Origin: Aquificaceae bacterium
Lineage (GTDB): Bacteria > Aquificota > Aquificia > Aquificales > Aquificaceae
NCBI GenBank assembly: GCA_039630345.1
Contig: JBCNVD010000008.1
Coordinates: forward strand, 1 to 64,000
Reading direction: 5' to 3'
DNA length: 64,000 nt
Positions 38,576-48,065 of this stretch are shown here, one piece after another. The position numbers were made by a program, and so were the translations under genes. How positions within the stretch are numbered: the first letter of the stretch is position 1; each line of letters begins with the position of its first letter. The notes beneath the pieces were generated by a model, which had not been told where the DNA came from, searched no databases, and saw only the letters and a program-made list of their open reading frames with translations.

Positions 38576-38779
38576 ATGAAAAAGGTTAAAATGAAGTCAA
38601 ACCGTTCTGCCGGGAAGAGATTTTCAATAACTGCCAGCGGAAAGATAAAGCGTCAGCGTGCAGGCGGGTCTCATTATAACACTCACAAGCCAAAAGCCAG
38701 AAAGCGCCGTCTTCGCAAAGCAACCTATGTAAACCAAGGCTGGCACGATAAGGTCATCCTTATGCTAAAGGACTTTTAA
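38576..38779 (+). CDS. rpmI: 50S ribosomal protein L35
   Basis: KMKSNRSAGKRFSITASGKIK...H...K...RKRRL. Confidence 0.94.
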   Translation: MKKVKMKSNRSAGKRFSITASGKIKRQRAGGSHYNTHKPKARKRRLRKATYVNQGWHDKVILMLKDF

Positions 38780-39139
38780 CTACTTTTCCCACTCGAGAGC
38801 TCCTTTTTTCCACTCGTATAAAAACCCAAGGGTCAGTATCCCAAGAAATATAAGACCTCCTATAAAGCCCTCAAGCGTAAGCTCTTTAAAAATTACCGCC
38901 CAGGGAAACAAAAATGCGACTTCTATATCAAAGAGTATCAGCAAAAGCCCTATGGGATAATACCCCTGCTTAAAGACCCCGCGGGCTTCTTTGTCTATTA
39001 ACGGGACTCCGCATTCATAAGGATAATCTTCCATACGCTCTTTGGTTTTAGGACCTAATAGCTCGTTTACAAAAGCAATCAAAAGCCCTAAAGAAACCGC
39101 TATTAAAAAAAAGACCAAAAGCCAGGTATACTCACCCAT
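38780..39139 (-). CDS. nuoA: NADH-quinone oxidoreductase subunit A
   Basis: PYECG, LFDIEVAFLFPWA, YEWKKGALEW. Confidence 0.95.
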   Translation of the reverse strand: MGEYTWLLVFFLIAVSLGLLIAFVNELLGPKTKERMEDYPYECGVPLIDKEARGVFKQGYYPIGLLLILFDIEVAFLFPWAVIFKELTLEGFIGGLIFLGILTLGFLYEWKKGALEWEK

Positions 39140-40323
39140 CAGGCTATACTAAACTCTCCTTTTAAAAATCCTTGCCACACAGAAGGCATCTGCTCTAGCT
39201 CTTCCATGGCAATTTTTCTTGCAGGTTCTTTAATTTTTGCAAGATCATGCTTTGACCTTACCTTTATATCAAGAACCTGTGGCTCGTTAATCGGCTTTCC
39301 AATCTGTGAAACTATGTAACAATAACACTCTTCTACTTCTTCAATCTCTTTTATCACGCGCTTTGCTATCTGGTTTGCAACAGTGTTATAAATTTTGCCT
39401 ATGTGAGATACCGGGTTTTTACCGGCCGCCGCTTCCAGACTCATAGGTCTATAGGGGGTTATAAGACCGTTAACCCTGTTGCCTCTTCCTACCTGACCGT
39501 CATCTCCTTGCTCTGCAGAGGTGCCGGTAACGGTTATATAAACTTCCCCATGCTTGCTATCTGCAGTATTTAGATTAATCTCCACGCTATTGCCAAGAAG
39601 GTCACTCAAATAAGCATTGAGTTTTTGCTTTATGGTTGATTTCTTCTCGTAGTACTCGTTTATATCTTTTAGATATTTACTTACAAAAGCCAAAGCAATC
39701 GTTAGGCGAATATTGTTTGAGATTCTAACTCCCATAACTTTTATATCTTCGCCAACTTCTGGATGCTCTTCTTTGAAACTTGCAGAATTTAGCACTCTTT
39801 CCGCCTCTAAAACCGCTCTCTCTAATGGGTCAAGCGGTGCAAACCCAACCCCAAAAGATGTATCATTGGCAAGCGGAACCTGTCCCTGAGAGCGCTTATA
39901 CAAATCAACCAGATCTTTGCTACCTGGTTTTATTTTGGCATAGACCTTTACATGCTTTTCAAAGTCAAGGTTTTTGAGATTTCTCTCTATCCAGCCAGAG
40001 GCTGTTTTATTAACCAGCTCCTGAATGTCGATTGAATCCTCCAGGGTTGCCCTCCCAACCAGATAGATTTCTATGGGCTCTATTACCTCCCCGCCTCCAA
40101 ACTCCGCCCTTGCACGCCCGCCTACTAACAGGGCTTTATCAACATTGTGATGCATAATCCTTCCAAAAGAATCCATATATACTCTGCACAGGCTTCTTGA
40201 TAGCTCTTCTGCAAGGTTGTCGCAGATTGTATCCGGGTGACCTATGCCCTTTCTCTCTACTATCTCGGCTTCCTGAGAATAAACCGGCTCAAAAGTAATC
40301 GGGGTAAGGACTATGTTTTCCAC
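39139..40323 (-). CDS. mat: Archaeal-type methionine adenosyltransferase
   Basis: ERKGIGHPD, HHNVDK, ANDTSFG, GEDIKVMG, EAAAGKNP; start re-assigned to GTG 40323. Confidence 0.93.
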   Translation of the reverse strand: MENIVLTPITFEPVYSQEAEIVERKGIGHPDTICDNLAEELSRSLCRVYMDSFGRIMHHNVDKALLVGGRARAEFGGGEVIEPIEIYLVGRATLEDSIDIQELVNKTASGWIERNLKNLDFEKHVKVYAKIKPGSKDLVDLYKRSQGQVPLANDTSFGVGFAPLDPLERAVLEAERVLNSASFKEEHPEVGEDIKVMGVRISNNIRLTIALAFVSKYLKDINEYYEKKSTIKQKLNAYLSDLLGNSVEINLNTADSKHGEVYITVTGTSAEQGDDGQVGRGNRVNGLITPYRPMSLEAAAGKNPVSHIGKIYNTVANQIAKRVIKEIEEVEECYCYIVSQIGKPINEPQVLDIKVRSKHDLAKIKEPARKIAMEELEQMPSVWQGFLKGEFSIA

Positions 40324-40415
40324 CTTATGGATTATAAACCCTTTTGCAAAAAAGCTATGCTTTAACTGCCTGGATTTGCAACTTTGCATCTTGAGCTGGC
40401 ATAAACTCCTAAAGC

Positions 40416-41480
40416 ATGATCAGGATAATAGAGCCCTCGCTTGGCGAATGTGAGAAAAAGCTCGTGCTTGAGATTCTTAATAGTCAGCAAATAACAAGGG
40501 GCAAGTGGACCTCTCTTTTTGAAAAAGAATTTGGCGCCTACCTTGGGGCAGAGCATGTATTTAGCGTCTGCTCTGGCACAGTTGCGCTCTTTATAGCCCT
40601 TAAAGCCCTTAATGCAAAGGGTAAAAGGGTTATAGTCCCTGCTATGAGTTTTATGGCAACAATTGACGCTGTTTTGCTGGCGGATGCAGAACCTATAGTT
40701 GTTGATATAGATGAGTATTTCACCATGGATGTTGAGTCTCTGGAGGTTGCTGTAAAGCGCTATAAGCCCCATGTGGTTATTCCGGTTCATCTATATGGTC
40801 AATGTGCGGATATGGAAAGTATCATGACCCTCTCTGAGCGATATGGCTTTTTCGTTTTAGAAGACGCAGCTCAGGCTCATGGCGCAACCTACATGGGCAA
40901 AAAGGCAGGCACTATAGGTCATATCTCAGCTTTTAGCTTCTATGCCTCTAAAAACCTCCCCATGGGCGAAGGGGGAGCCATAGTAACTAGCGACCCTCTC
41001 ATAGCAAAAAACATCAAAAAATGGATAGACTTTGGCGACCACCCGGCTTTTAATGTCAGAATAACCGAGTTTCAGGCTGCAATCGGACTTTGCCAGCTAA
41101 GAACTCTGGAAGAGAGAAACCTAAAGCGCAGGCTAAACGCAGAGTATTACCGCGACTCTATAGGCAAAGACTTTATCCACCCAAAGGTGCGACCACTCTC
41201 TACTCACTCATATCACCTCTACACACTTCGCCACCATCAAAGGGATAAAATAGTTTCATCATTAAAGAGCGCGGGCGTAGACGCCCGCGTTTATTATCCT
41301 TATCTTCTTAATGAGCTTAGAAACTCAACCCATACCCCTTTGCCAAATGCCCAAAGATTCAGAAAAGAAGTCTTCTCAATTCCGGTGCATTCAGAGCTCT
41401 CCCACTCTCAGAGAGAGTTTATTGTAAATGCGATTCTTCAGTCTGTAGATGACTTAATATTTTCTGATGCGCGTTCTTAG
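40416..41480 (+). CDS. DegT/DnrJ/EryC1/StrS PLP-dependent aminotransferase
   Basis: SGTVAL, PVHLYG, EDAAQAHG, SFYASKNL, GEGG. Confidence 0.93.
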   Translation: MIRIIEPSLGECEKKLVLEILNSQQITRGKWTSLFEKEFGAYLGAEHVFSVCSGTVALFIALKALNAKGKRVIVPAMSFMATIDAVLLADAEPIVVDIDEYFTMDVESLEVAVKRYKPHVVIPVHLYGQCADMESIMTLSERYGFFVLEDAAQAHGATYMGKKAGTIGHISAFSFYASKNLPMGEGGAIVTSDPLIAKNIKKWIDFGDHPAFNVRITEFQAAIGLCQLRTLEERNLKRRLNAEYYRDSIGKDFIHPKVRPLSTHSYHLYTLRHHQRDKIVSSLKSAGVDARVYYPYLLNELRNSTHTPLPNAQRFRKEVFSIPVHSELSHSQREFIVNAILQSVDDLIFSDARS

Positions 41481-42639
41481 CGGAATGCGCCCAACGGGCA
41501 GGCTACACCTTGGGCATGTTTTTGTTATAAAAAACTGGATACAGCTAACAGAGCAAAACTCCTGCTTTTTTATGGTTGCGGATTTGCATGCCCTTACCAG
41601 CTCTTACAGAGAGCCTTGCAACATCATCGAAGACTCAATCCAGATGGTAATTGACTGGCTCTCTCTGGGTCTAAACCACTCTTATGCAACTATTTTCAGG
41701 CAGTCCGATGTGCCAATGCACACAGAACTCTCTTTTTTGCTATCTTTAATAACGCCAAAGAGCTGGCTTGAATGGAATCCAACTTATAAAGACCTTCGGC
41801 AAAACCTTCTGAATCTAAAAGATATTACTTCAAAAATCAAAAACCAGCTTGAGGATTCTCTAAGCCTTCTTTTAAAAAGCCTCTCTCTTGAAATTAAAGA
41901 TGTTCAAAAGCTAAAAGATATATTCCTGGATGCAATTTCAGAATCTGTTATAAGAGGGTTTTTCGAAGGTTATGTTGGCTTAACAGAACTCCAAACTAGC
42001 AAAAGAGAATTTTTTGACATTGACACACTTGGATTTTTCAGCTATCCGGTTTTGCAAAGTGCTGACATTTTGCTCTACAGAGCTAATTTAGTGCCCGTTG
42101 GCGAGGACCAGCTACCTCATATAGAACTCTCTCGCCAGATTGCAAGGCGTTTTAATCAGCTCTTTGGCGAAACTTTTATAGAGCCACAAGGGATTGTAAG
42201 TGTCGTTCCCAGACTTCCCGGCATAGACGGACGCAAAATGAGCAAATCTTATCAAAATGCAATCTTTCTGACAGAAGATGCGGAAAGCTTAAAAACCAAG
42301 GTGATGTCTTTTTTTACAGACCCTACAAAACTTAAAAAATCAGACCCTGGCAGACCACAGCTATGTCCGGTCTTTGCAAACCACAGGGTCTTTACCAGAA
42401 ACTGGTCAGTTGAAGAAATTGAAGATGATTGTAAAGCTGGCAAATTAGGCTGTGTTGAATGTAAAAATAGACTCTTTGAATCTTTAAAAGACTTCCTAGA
42501 GCCAATATATACCAGAAGGCAATCTATCAGCAGGCAGTTTGTTATAGATATCCTCGAAAGCGGTGCAATAGTCGCCAGGGGCGAAGCTACAAAAACACTA
42601 TCAGAAGTTCGCAAAAGGCTATGCCTGAGTGGGTCATAG
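41467..42639 (+). CDS. trpS: Tryptophan--tRNA ligase
   Basis: SGMRPTGRLHLGH, YPVLQSADIL, VGEDQ, KMSKS. Confidence 0.96.
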   Translation: MRVLSGMRPTGRLHLGHVFVIKNWIQLTEQNSCFFMVADLHALTSSYREPCNIIEDSIQMVIDWLSLGLNHSYATIFRQSDVPMHTELSFLLSLITPKSWLEWNPTYKDLRQNLLNLKDITSKIKNQLEDSLSLLLKSLSLEIKDVQKLKDIFLDAISESVIRGFFEGYVGLTELQTSKREFFDIDTLGFFSYPVLQSADILLYRANLVPVGEDQLPHIELSRQIARRFNQLFGETFIEPQGIVSVVPRLPGIDGRKMSKSYQNAIFLTEDAESLKTKVMSFFTDPTKLKKSDPGRPQLCPVFANHRVFTRNWSVEEIEDDCKAGKLGCVECKNRLFESLKDFLEPIYTRRQSISRQFVIDILESGAIVARGEATKTLSEVRKRLCLSGS

Positions 42640-43619
42640 CCGCTATTTTGATATATTTTTTGATAGGTTTTTTCTATCCATTAAGGTTTTTTGCTGTAAA
42701 AAAACAAACCTTTTATCCAGTGAAACTTCCGAATTTTTATGTTTATACTTTTGTAATTCATCTTCACAGTCAGTTTTCTTATGATTCTTTGGGGAAACCC
42801 GAGGATATAGAGAGGGCAATGCGCCAGGAAGACATAGATTTTGCCATCGTTACAGACCACAATGTTGACCATATAAAAGCCTTTGTAAGCAACAAAGTAT
42901 ATGCAGGCATTGAGAAAAAGGTTCATACCAAAGATGGAACTTTAATAGGCAGTCTTTTAGAGGCTGGTCCTGTAAAGGTGGTTGCACATCCCTTTAGGGG
43001 AAAATGGAAAGAGATTCCCGAAGGGGCTTTTGTTGAAATCATTGATTTGAAAGATGTCCTGAAAGAAAGAGCTGGTTTTTTATTCTTTCTTTTGCCTTTT
43101 TTGCTTTTGATTTTGCTCTTTGGTAGAAAATTTGTGCGCGAAGCGCTCCTTAGATTAATTAACTTAAGAGACATTCTCAATCGTTATCAAAAACTTGGCT
43201 TTGATGCAAAGCTCATTGGGGGTCTGGACCATCATGTCAAGCTCTATTTAAGAGAAGTAGGCATCAGGTTTCTCTTTCCCGATTACAGAGATAGCTTTGC
43301 GATGCTTAAAAATGTTGTTCTTTGCAAAGACCGCATTAGCGATGCAGGTGAGCTTCTTGAGGCAATAAGCAAAGATGCAAACCTTGGGCTCGTGTTTGGT
43401 GAAGAGGTGCCTCTATGGTGGGTTGAAGATGGCTCTATCAGACTTTTGACATCAAAAAATTGTATTCTTGAGGTTAAAACCCCGGATGGGACTAAGCTCT
43501 TTGAGGGAAGTTTTTTTGAACTTGGGTATAAAAAATGTATGTTGCTGGGTTATACTTACAGGGTTCGCATTTGGCGATTTTACTTTGGGCTTAGGCCGAT
43601 GTTTCTAATTAGGGTCTAA
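42621..43619 (+). CDS. Membrane-associated PHP-domain metallohydrolase
   Basis: HLHSQFSYDS, TDHN, AHP, GLDHH plus two hydrophobic segments. Confidence 0.75.
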   Translation: MPEWVIAAILIYFLIGFFYPLRFFAVKKQTFYPVKLPNFYVYTFVIHLHSQFSYDSLGKPEDIERAMRQEDIDFAIVTDHNVDHIKAFVSNKVYAGIEKKVHTKDGTLIGSLLEAGPVKVVAHPFRGKWKEIPEGAFVEIIDLKDVLKERAGFLFFLLPFLLLILLFGRKFVREALLRLINLRDILNRYQKLGFDAKLIGGLDHHVKLYLREVGIRFLFPDYRDSFAMLKNVVLCKDRISDAGELLEAISKDANLGLVFGEEVPLWWVEDGSIRLLTSKNCILEVKTPDGTKLFEGSFFELGYKKCMLLGYTYRVRIWRFYFGLRPMFLIRV

Positions 43620-43622
43620 AAG

Positions 43623-43691
43623 CACCGCCAGCCGGATTGGGCGGTAAATCAAATGCGCCGGCCCAGGGGGTTTGTCCTTGGTCGCTGGAGG
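43623..43691 (+). promoter_or_regulatory. Candidate structured cis-regulatory 5' leader RNA
   Basis: About 65% GC in an AT-rich genome; two stems plus a possible pseudoknot; 3' arm overlaps the GGAGG SD. Confidence 0.55.
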
Positions 43692-43697
43692 TTTGGG

Positions 43698-44219
43698 ATG
43701 TCAAGAAGAGATGCCCTAAAGTATATCGCTGCAGGTATGGCAGGGTTTTTGCTCCCAAAGTCTCTTCTTGCCAATGAAGGTCTCAGGGTAATTGACCTTT
43801 ATGCAATCAATACAGGAGAGAGACTCAAAACTGCCTACTGGGTAGATGGGCAATATGTAGAGCAGTCTTTGAGAGAGATTAACTATCTTCTCAGAGACCA
43901 CAGAGCCGACGAGGTTCATCCGATTGATGTAAGACTTCTTGATTTTATCTATGCAATAACTTCCTCTTTTGAAGCCAGCAAGATCGTGGTTATATCAGGC
44001 TATCGCACTCCTGCGACGAATGCATATTTGAGAAGAATCTCAAGAGGTGTGGCTCGCGAGAGCTACCACATGTATGGAAGAGCAATAGACTTTTATATAG
44101 AAGGCGTCGAACTAAGTCAGGTTAGAAACTTTGCTATAGCTCTCGGTCTTGGGGGAGTTGGATACTATCCCTCCTCGGGCTTTATACACCTTGACACAGG
44201 ACCTTTCAGAACCTGGTGA
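43698..44219 (+). CDS. YcbK/MepK-family (DUF882, peptidase M15) Tat-exported protein
   Basis: Tat SRRDALK, LRDHR, ISGYR, SYHMYGRAIDF, GFIHLDTG; start re-assigned to ATG 43698. Confidence 0.92.
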   Translation: MSRRDALKYIAAGMAGFLLPKSLLANEGLRVIDLYAINTGERLKTAYWVDGQYVEQSLREINYLLRDHRADEVHPIDVRLLDFIYAITSSFEASKIVVISGYRTPATNAYLRRISRGVARESYHMYGRAIDFYIEGVELSQVRNFAIALGLGGVGYYPSSGFIHLDTGPFRTW

Positions 44220-44776
44220 TGCTAAGGCTTTTTGCCGGATTTTTTACAACCCGCAGGCTCCAGGAGGTTTTAGAGACCATAAGGTCGCAATCAAATCACC
44301 ACCTTAGAGGTAAGTGGGTGGAGCCAGAGAATTTGCATCTTACTTTTCAGTTTTTTGGCGAAGTTGAATCCTCGCGCGTTGTGGAGCTATTGAAAAACCT
44401 TCAGGAAGTGTCTTCTAATGTTAAACCAATAAAAGTCAAGTATATAGGTCTTGGGGTTTTCCCAAGTGTTGATAGAGCGAGGGTTTTATGGATAGGCATA
44501 GGGGATGGATATAAAGCCCTGAAAGACCTGACAAAACAGCTCGTGAAGGTTAATAAAAAGTCTGGCTTTGACGATGGCTCAAAAATCTTCCACCCGCATG
44601 TTACTATATGCAGGATAAATTCCTACGACAAAGCGTTTTTGCAAGAGCTTTTAAACACTTATGAAAATCGATACTTTGGCGAGGATGTTGTTGACAAAAT
44701 AGCTCTTATAAAGAGCTCTTTGAATCCAATTGGACCTGTTTATTCTGTTTTGGAGGAGTTTTCTCTTGGAAGATAG
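44216..44776 (+). CDS. thpR: RNA 2',3'-cyclic phosphodiesterase (2H family)
   Basis: NLHLTF and FHPHVTI (two HxT motifs). Confidence 0.93.
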   Translation: MMLRLFAGFFTTRRLQEVLETIRSQSNHHLRGKWVEPENLHLTFQFFGEVESSRVVELLKNLQEVSSNVKPIKVKYIGLGVFPSVDRARVLWIGIGDGYKALKDLTKQLVKVNKKSGFDDGSKIFHPHVTICRINSYDKAFLQELLNTYENRYFGEDVVDKIALIKSSLNPIGPVYSVLEEFSLGR

Positions 44777-45749
44777 TCTAAGTTACGAAAGGGCAGGAGT
44801 TAGCAGAAGCAGGGCATCGAGCCTGATTGAGTATATTTTCCAGAAAACTCGCGATAGCGAGATTTTGTTAAAGGGCAGTTTCGCAAGTGGAATCTTGCTA
44901 AAGGGGCTGAAAAAGCCTGTAGTTATGATGAGTGCTGATGGGGTTGGCACTAAATTAATCCTTGCCCAGAAGTTTGGCATGCATAAAGAGGTCGGTATAG
45001 ACCTCGTTGCCATGAATGTAAACGATGTTTTGGCGACCGGCGCAAAACCTTTTTGCTTTGTAGATTATATAGCCACTGGTAAAATAGACCTTGAGGTTTT
45101 AAAAAAGGTAATTGATGGGATTTTGCTTGCCTGCGAAGAGTCAGGGGTTTTGTTAGTCGGTGGAGAGACTGCGGAGATGCCTGATTTTTACAAAGATGGC
45201 GTTTATGACCTTGCGGGCTTTTGTGTAGGCTTTTGTGAACAGGAGGAGCTATTAAGCCCGGCCAATGTAGAGGCAGGCGATGTGATTTTGGGACTTAAAT
45301 CAAACGGTTTTCATAGCAATGGTTTTAGCCTTATTAGAAAAGTTATAGATTTAGCAAAAATAGAGCTGAATAATACCCTGATAGAGCAAATTTTAAAACC
45401 AACCAGGATTTATGTTAAAGATATTCTTTCCTTGAAAGAAGCAGGCATAAAGTTAAAGTCAATGGCACACATAACAGGAGGAGGAATTAGAGAAAATCTG
45501 CTGCGCATAGTTCCTGATGGTCTTAGGGCAATTCTGGATAAAAGTAGCATTCCGGAAAATCCTGTCTTTAAATGGTTTGAAAGTCTTGGTATGGTTTCCA
45601 GTGATGAGATGTTTCGCGTCTTTAATATGGGGGTTGGTTTTTGTGTTATAGTAGATGAAAGTAGCGTGAGGGAGGCTTTGTCGATATTAAAAGATGCCTT
45701 TGTGTTTGGAAAGCTAGAAGAAGGGATGCGGGATGTCGTATTTGTTTAG
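44766..45749 (+). CDS. purM: Phosphoribosylformylglycinamidine cyclo-ligase
   Basis: DGVGTK, DLVAMNVND, GGETAEMP, SNGFHSNGFS, HITGGG, FNMG; TTG 44766 with GGAGGAG SD. Confidence 0.95.
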   Translation: MEDSLSYERAGVSRSRASSLIEYIFQKTRDSEILLKGSFASGILLKGLKKPVVMMSADGVGTKLILAQKFGMHKEVGIDLVAMNVNDVLATGAKPFCFVDYIATGKIDLEVLKKVIDGILLACEESGVLLVGGETAEMPDFYKDGVYDLAGFCVGFCEQEELLSPANVEAGDVILGLKSNGFHSNGFSLIRKVIDLAKIELNNTLIEQILKPTRIYVKDILSLKEAGIKLKSMAHITGGGIRENLLRIVPDGLRAILDKSSIPENPVFKWFESLGMVSSDEMFRVFNMGVGFCVIVDESSVREALSILKDAFVFGKLEEGMRDVVFV

Positions 45750-48065
45750 GTTCTTGGCGCTGTTTCTTGTGTTTGCAAGTGTCTCGCTTGGTCGCACCGT
45801 GGCTGGCGTTAAAGTCGAGGGCAACAGATTTTTACCAGACGATGCAGCGCTCGGGCTTTTTGATATAAGGCTAGGCAGTGAGTATAGCCCGGATTTGGTC
45901 CGTGAGAGCATAAGAAAAGCCTACAAGAGTGGCCTTTTTGAAAAAATAGAGGCTTATGAAAGAGTAGAAGACTCCAAGGTTTTTATAACATTTGTTGTAT
46001 CTGATTTGCCAGTTATATACAAGATAGAATTTCAGGGAAACAGGCGCATAAAGCGTGACGAACTTGAAAAGCGCATAGGTATAGAGGTCGAAGTTGGTAA
46101 AGTAGACCCCCAAGAACTTATAAAGGGCTTTACTTCAGGACCCGGCATAGAAGAGAGACTTGAAATCCAGAGGCGCCTGCGCCTTGGCAGGGTTCTCTCT
46201 TTTGAAGAGCTTGAGATTTTAAAAAGAAGAATAATTGAAGTCTATTCCAAAGAGGGTTATCAGGATACTTCTGTCAGATATGAGCTATTACCCAAAAAAG
46301 GTGCTTCAAAAGTCGTCTTTTACATAACAGAAGGTCAACCAAGTGCAGTTAGCCAGATTGCTTTCCGTGGAAATAAGAGCTTTAGCTCTTCCAAGTTATT
46401 AAGCCTTATGCAACTAAAGAATCCCAATCCTCTTTTTTTGCGCTTTAGCGCGCCTTTTAGCGAGGAGATTCTAAAAGAGGATGTTGCAAAGCTTGAGGAA
46501 TTTTACCGCTCTGAAGGCTTCCTTGAGGCAAAGGTTAGCTATAGTCTCAGTAAGAGTGGCAATCTTTTCTCTGTAATTATCCAGATAGAAGAAGGACCGC
46601 GCTACAAGCTTGGTGATGTTAGCTTCTTGGGAGTTACTCTCTTTGGCAAGAGAGAGCTAGTTGATAAAATCCTTGATACAAACCCCGGCGGCTTTTATCG
46701 AAAAGAAGTTATAACTTCTTTAATTAAAAATGTGCAAAACAAATATAGCTCTATCGGCTTTGCCCGTGCCAGCGCAGTAGAAGAGCCAAAAATAGACCCG
46801 GAGAAGAAAAAAGTAGATGTAAGAATCCTTGTAGAAGAAGGCGAACCAGTTTATGTCCAGAGGATAGATATCCAGGGAAACTACGAAACCAGAGATTATG
46901 TCATAAGGCGTGAATTCAGGATTCAGGAGGGAGAGCTTTACACTGAAAGAGACATATCTCGCTCAAGAAGCAGGATCTTTAACCTTGGATACTATCAGGA
47001 TATAACCATAGAACCTTTTGAATTTTCCCAAAGGGGCGTTGATCTAGGTGTAAAACTAAGAGAGCGTTTCACAGGTCAGTTTTCTGTAGGTCTTGGTTAT
47101 AACCAGGTGACAGGTATATCTGGTTTTGTATCTTTGAGGAAGGGTAATTTCCTAGGGATGGGTGATATAGCGAGCGTTTCTCTATCATATGGAGGTAAAT
47201 ACAGAGATAATTCAGTGTCATATACAAGAAAGTGGTTCTTAAGAAAACCCTTTGACCTTAGTGGCACCTTTTTTGACAAAAAGCTTGAACTTGATACTTA
47301 CACTGTAGTCAGAACGGGTATTGAGACAAGTCTTTCCAGGGAGATTGCAGAGTTTTGGCGAGTTAGCTTTGGCTTAAGCGCCCAGAGGGTTGAATACTCC
47401 CGCATATCGCCACTTGCTTCTGTTTTGATAAGACAGCAAGAAGGAGAACGCCAATCAAGAAAGCTATTTACGACAATCTCAAGAGATACCCGTGATAATT
47501 ACCTCTTTCCAACCCAAGGTAGCTTTTCAGAGGCTTCTTACTCGTAGGTGTTGGGGTGCTTGGCGGTGAGGAAAAATTCAACAAAATCGTCCTTTCACAT
47601 CAGAGCTTTTTAAAAGACAAATTCTTTGACAGCGGGTTTGTCCTATCACTAAAGGGTCTTTTGGGAATAGCAGAGCCTTATGATAATAAAGTATTGCCAC
47701 TTGATGAGCGCTTCTTTGTAGGTGGGGACTTTTCTGTAAGAGGCTACAAATACGGGTTTGCAGGACCGGTAGACCCAAATGCTCTAGAACCAGTAGGTAG
47801 TAAAAAGCAGCTTCTCCTATCAGGCGAAGTTTTACGCCCGTTTTATAAAAACCTTATCTATGGCGCAATCTTTTACGATGTTGGACTTGGCTTTAATGAC
47901 TGGCAAGAGCTAAAGTCTCAAAACCTCAGAGGTGGATATGGCGCAGGTCTTAGGTTTATAACCCCACTTGCACCAATAAGGATAGACTATGCTTTTAAAA
48001 CCAAAAAAGTTCCCGGCGATCAATCTCGCAGCAGGATTCACTTTGTGTTAGGATTGTTTTTCTAA
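45733..48065 (+). CDS. bamA: Outer-membrane assembly factor BamA, interrupted by a 1-nt frameshift at about 47523-47544 (ORFs 45733-47547 and 47556-48065)
   Basis: POTRA repeats (GNxx), barrel start, RDNYLFPTQG; second frame has VRGY, GLRFITPLAPIRIDY and C-terminal F. Confidence 0.9.

Noticed and set aside
3183..39112. A/T homopolymers of 8-9 nt (e.g. near 3183, 8463, 27941, 39104) as phase-variation tracts
   Set aside because: Expected in AT-rich Lys/Phe codons; host frames are intact
40324..40389. N-terminal extension of MAT given by the ORF track
   Set aside because: Family-like sequence begins at GTG 40323, which has TATAAT 7 nt upstream
40340..40390. Three TTTGCA words as a sigma-54 promoter
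   Set aside because: No GG-N10-GC spacing found on inspection
43623..43691. Assignment of the leader to a known class (SRP RNA, c-di-GMP, c-di-AMP, ZTP, TPP) or a simple terminator
   Set aside because: Consensus motifs not recognisable and no U-tract after either stem; kept as an unclassified candidate
47556..48065. Independent 169-aa outer-membrane gene
   Set aside because: It is the C-terminal barrel of BamA in a shifted frame and has no signal peptide
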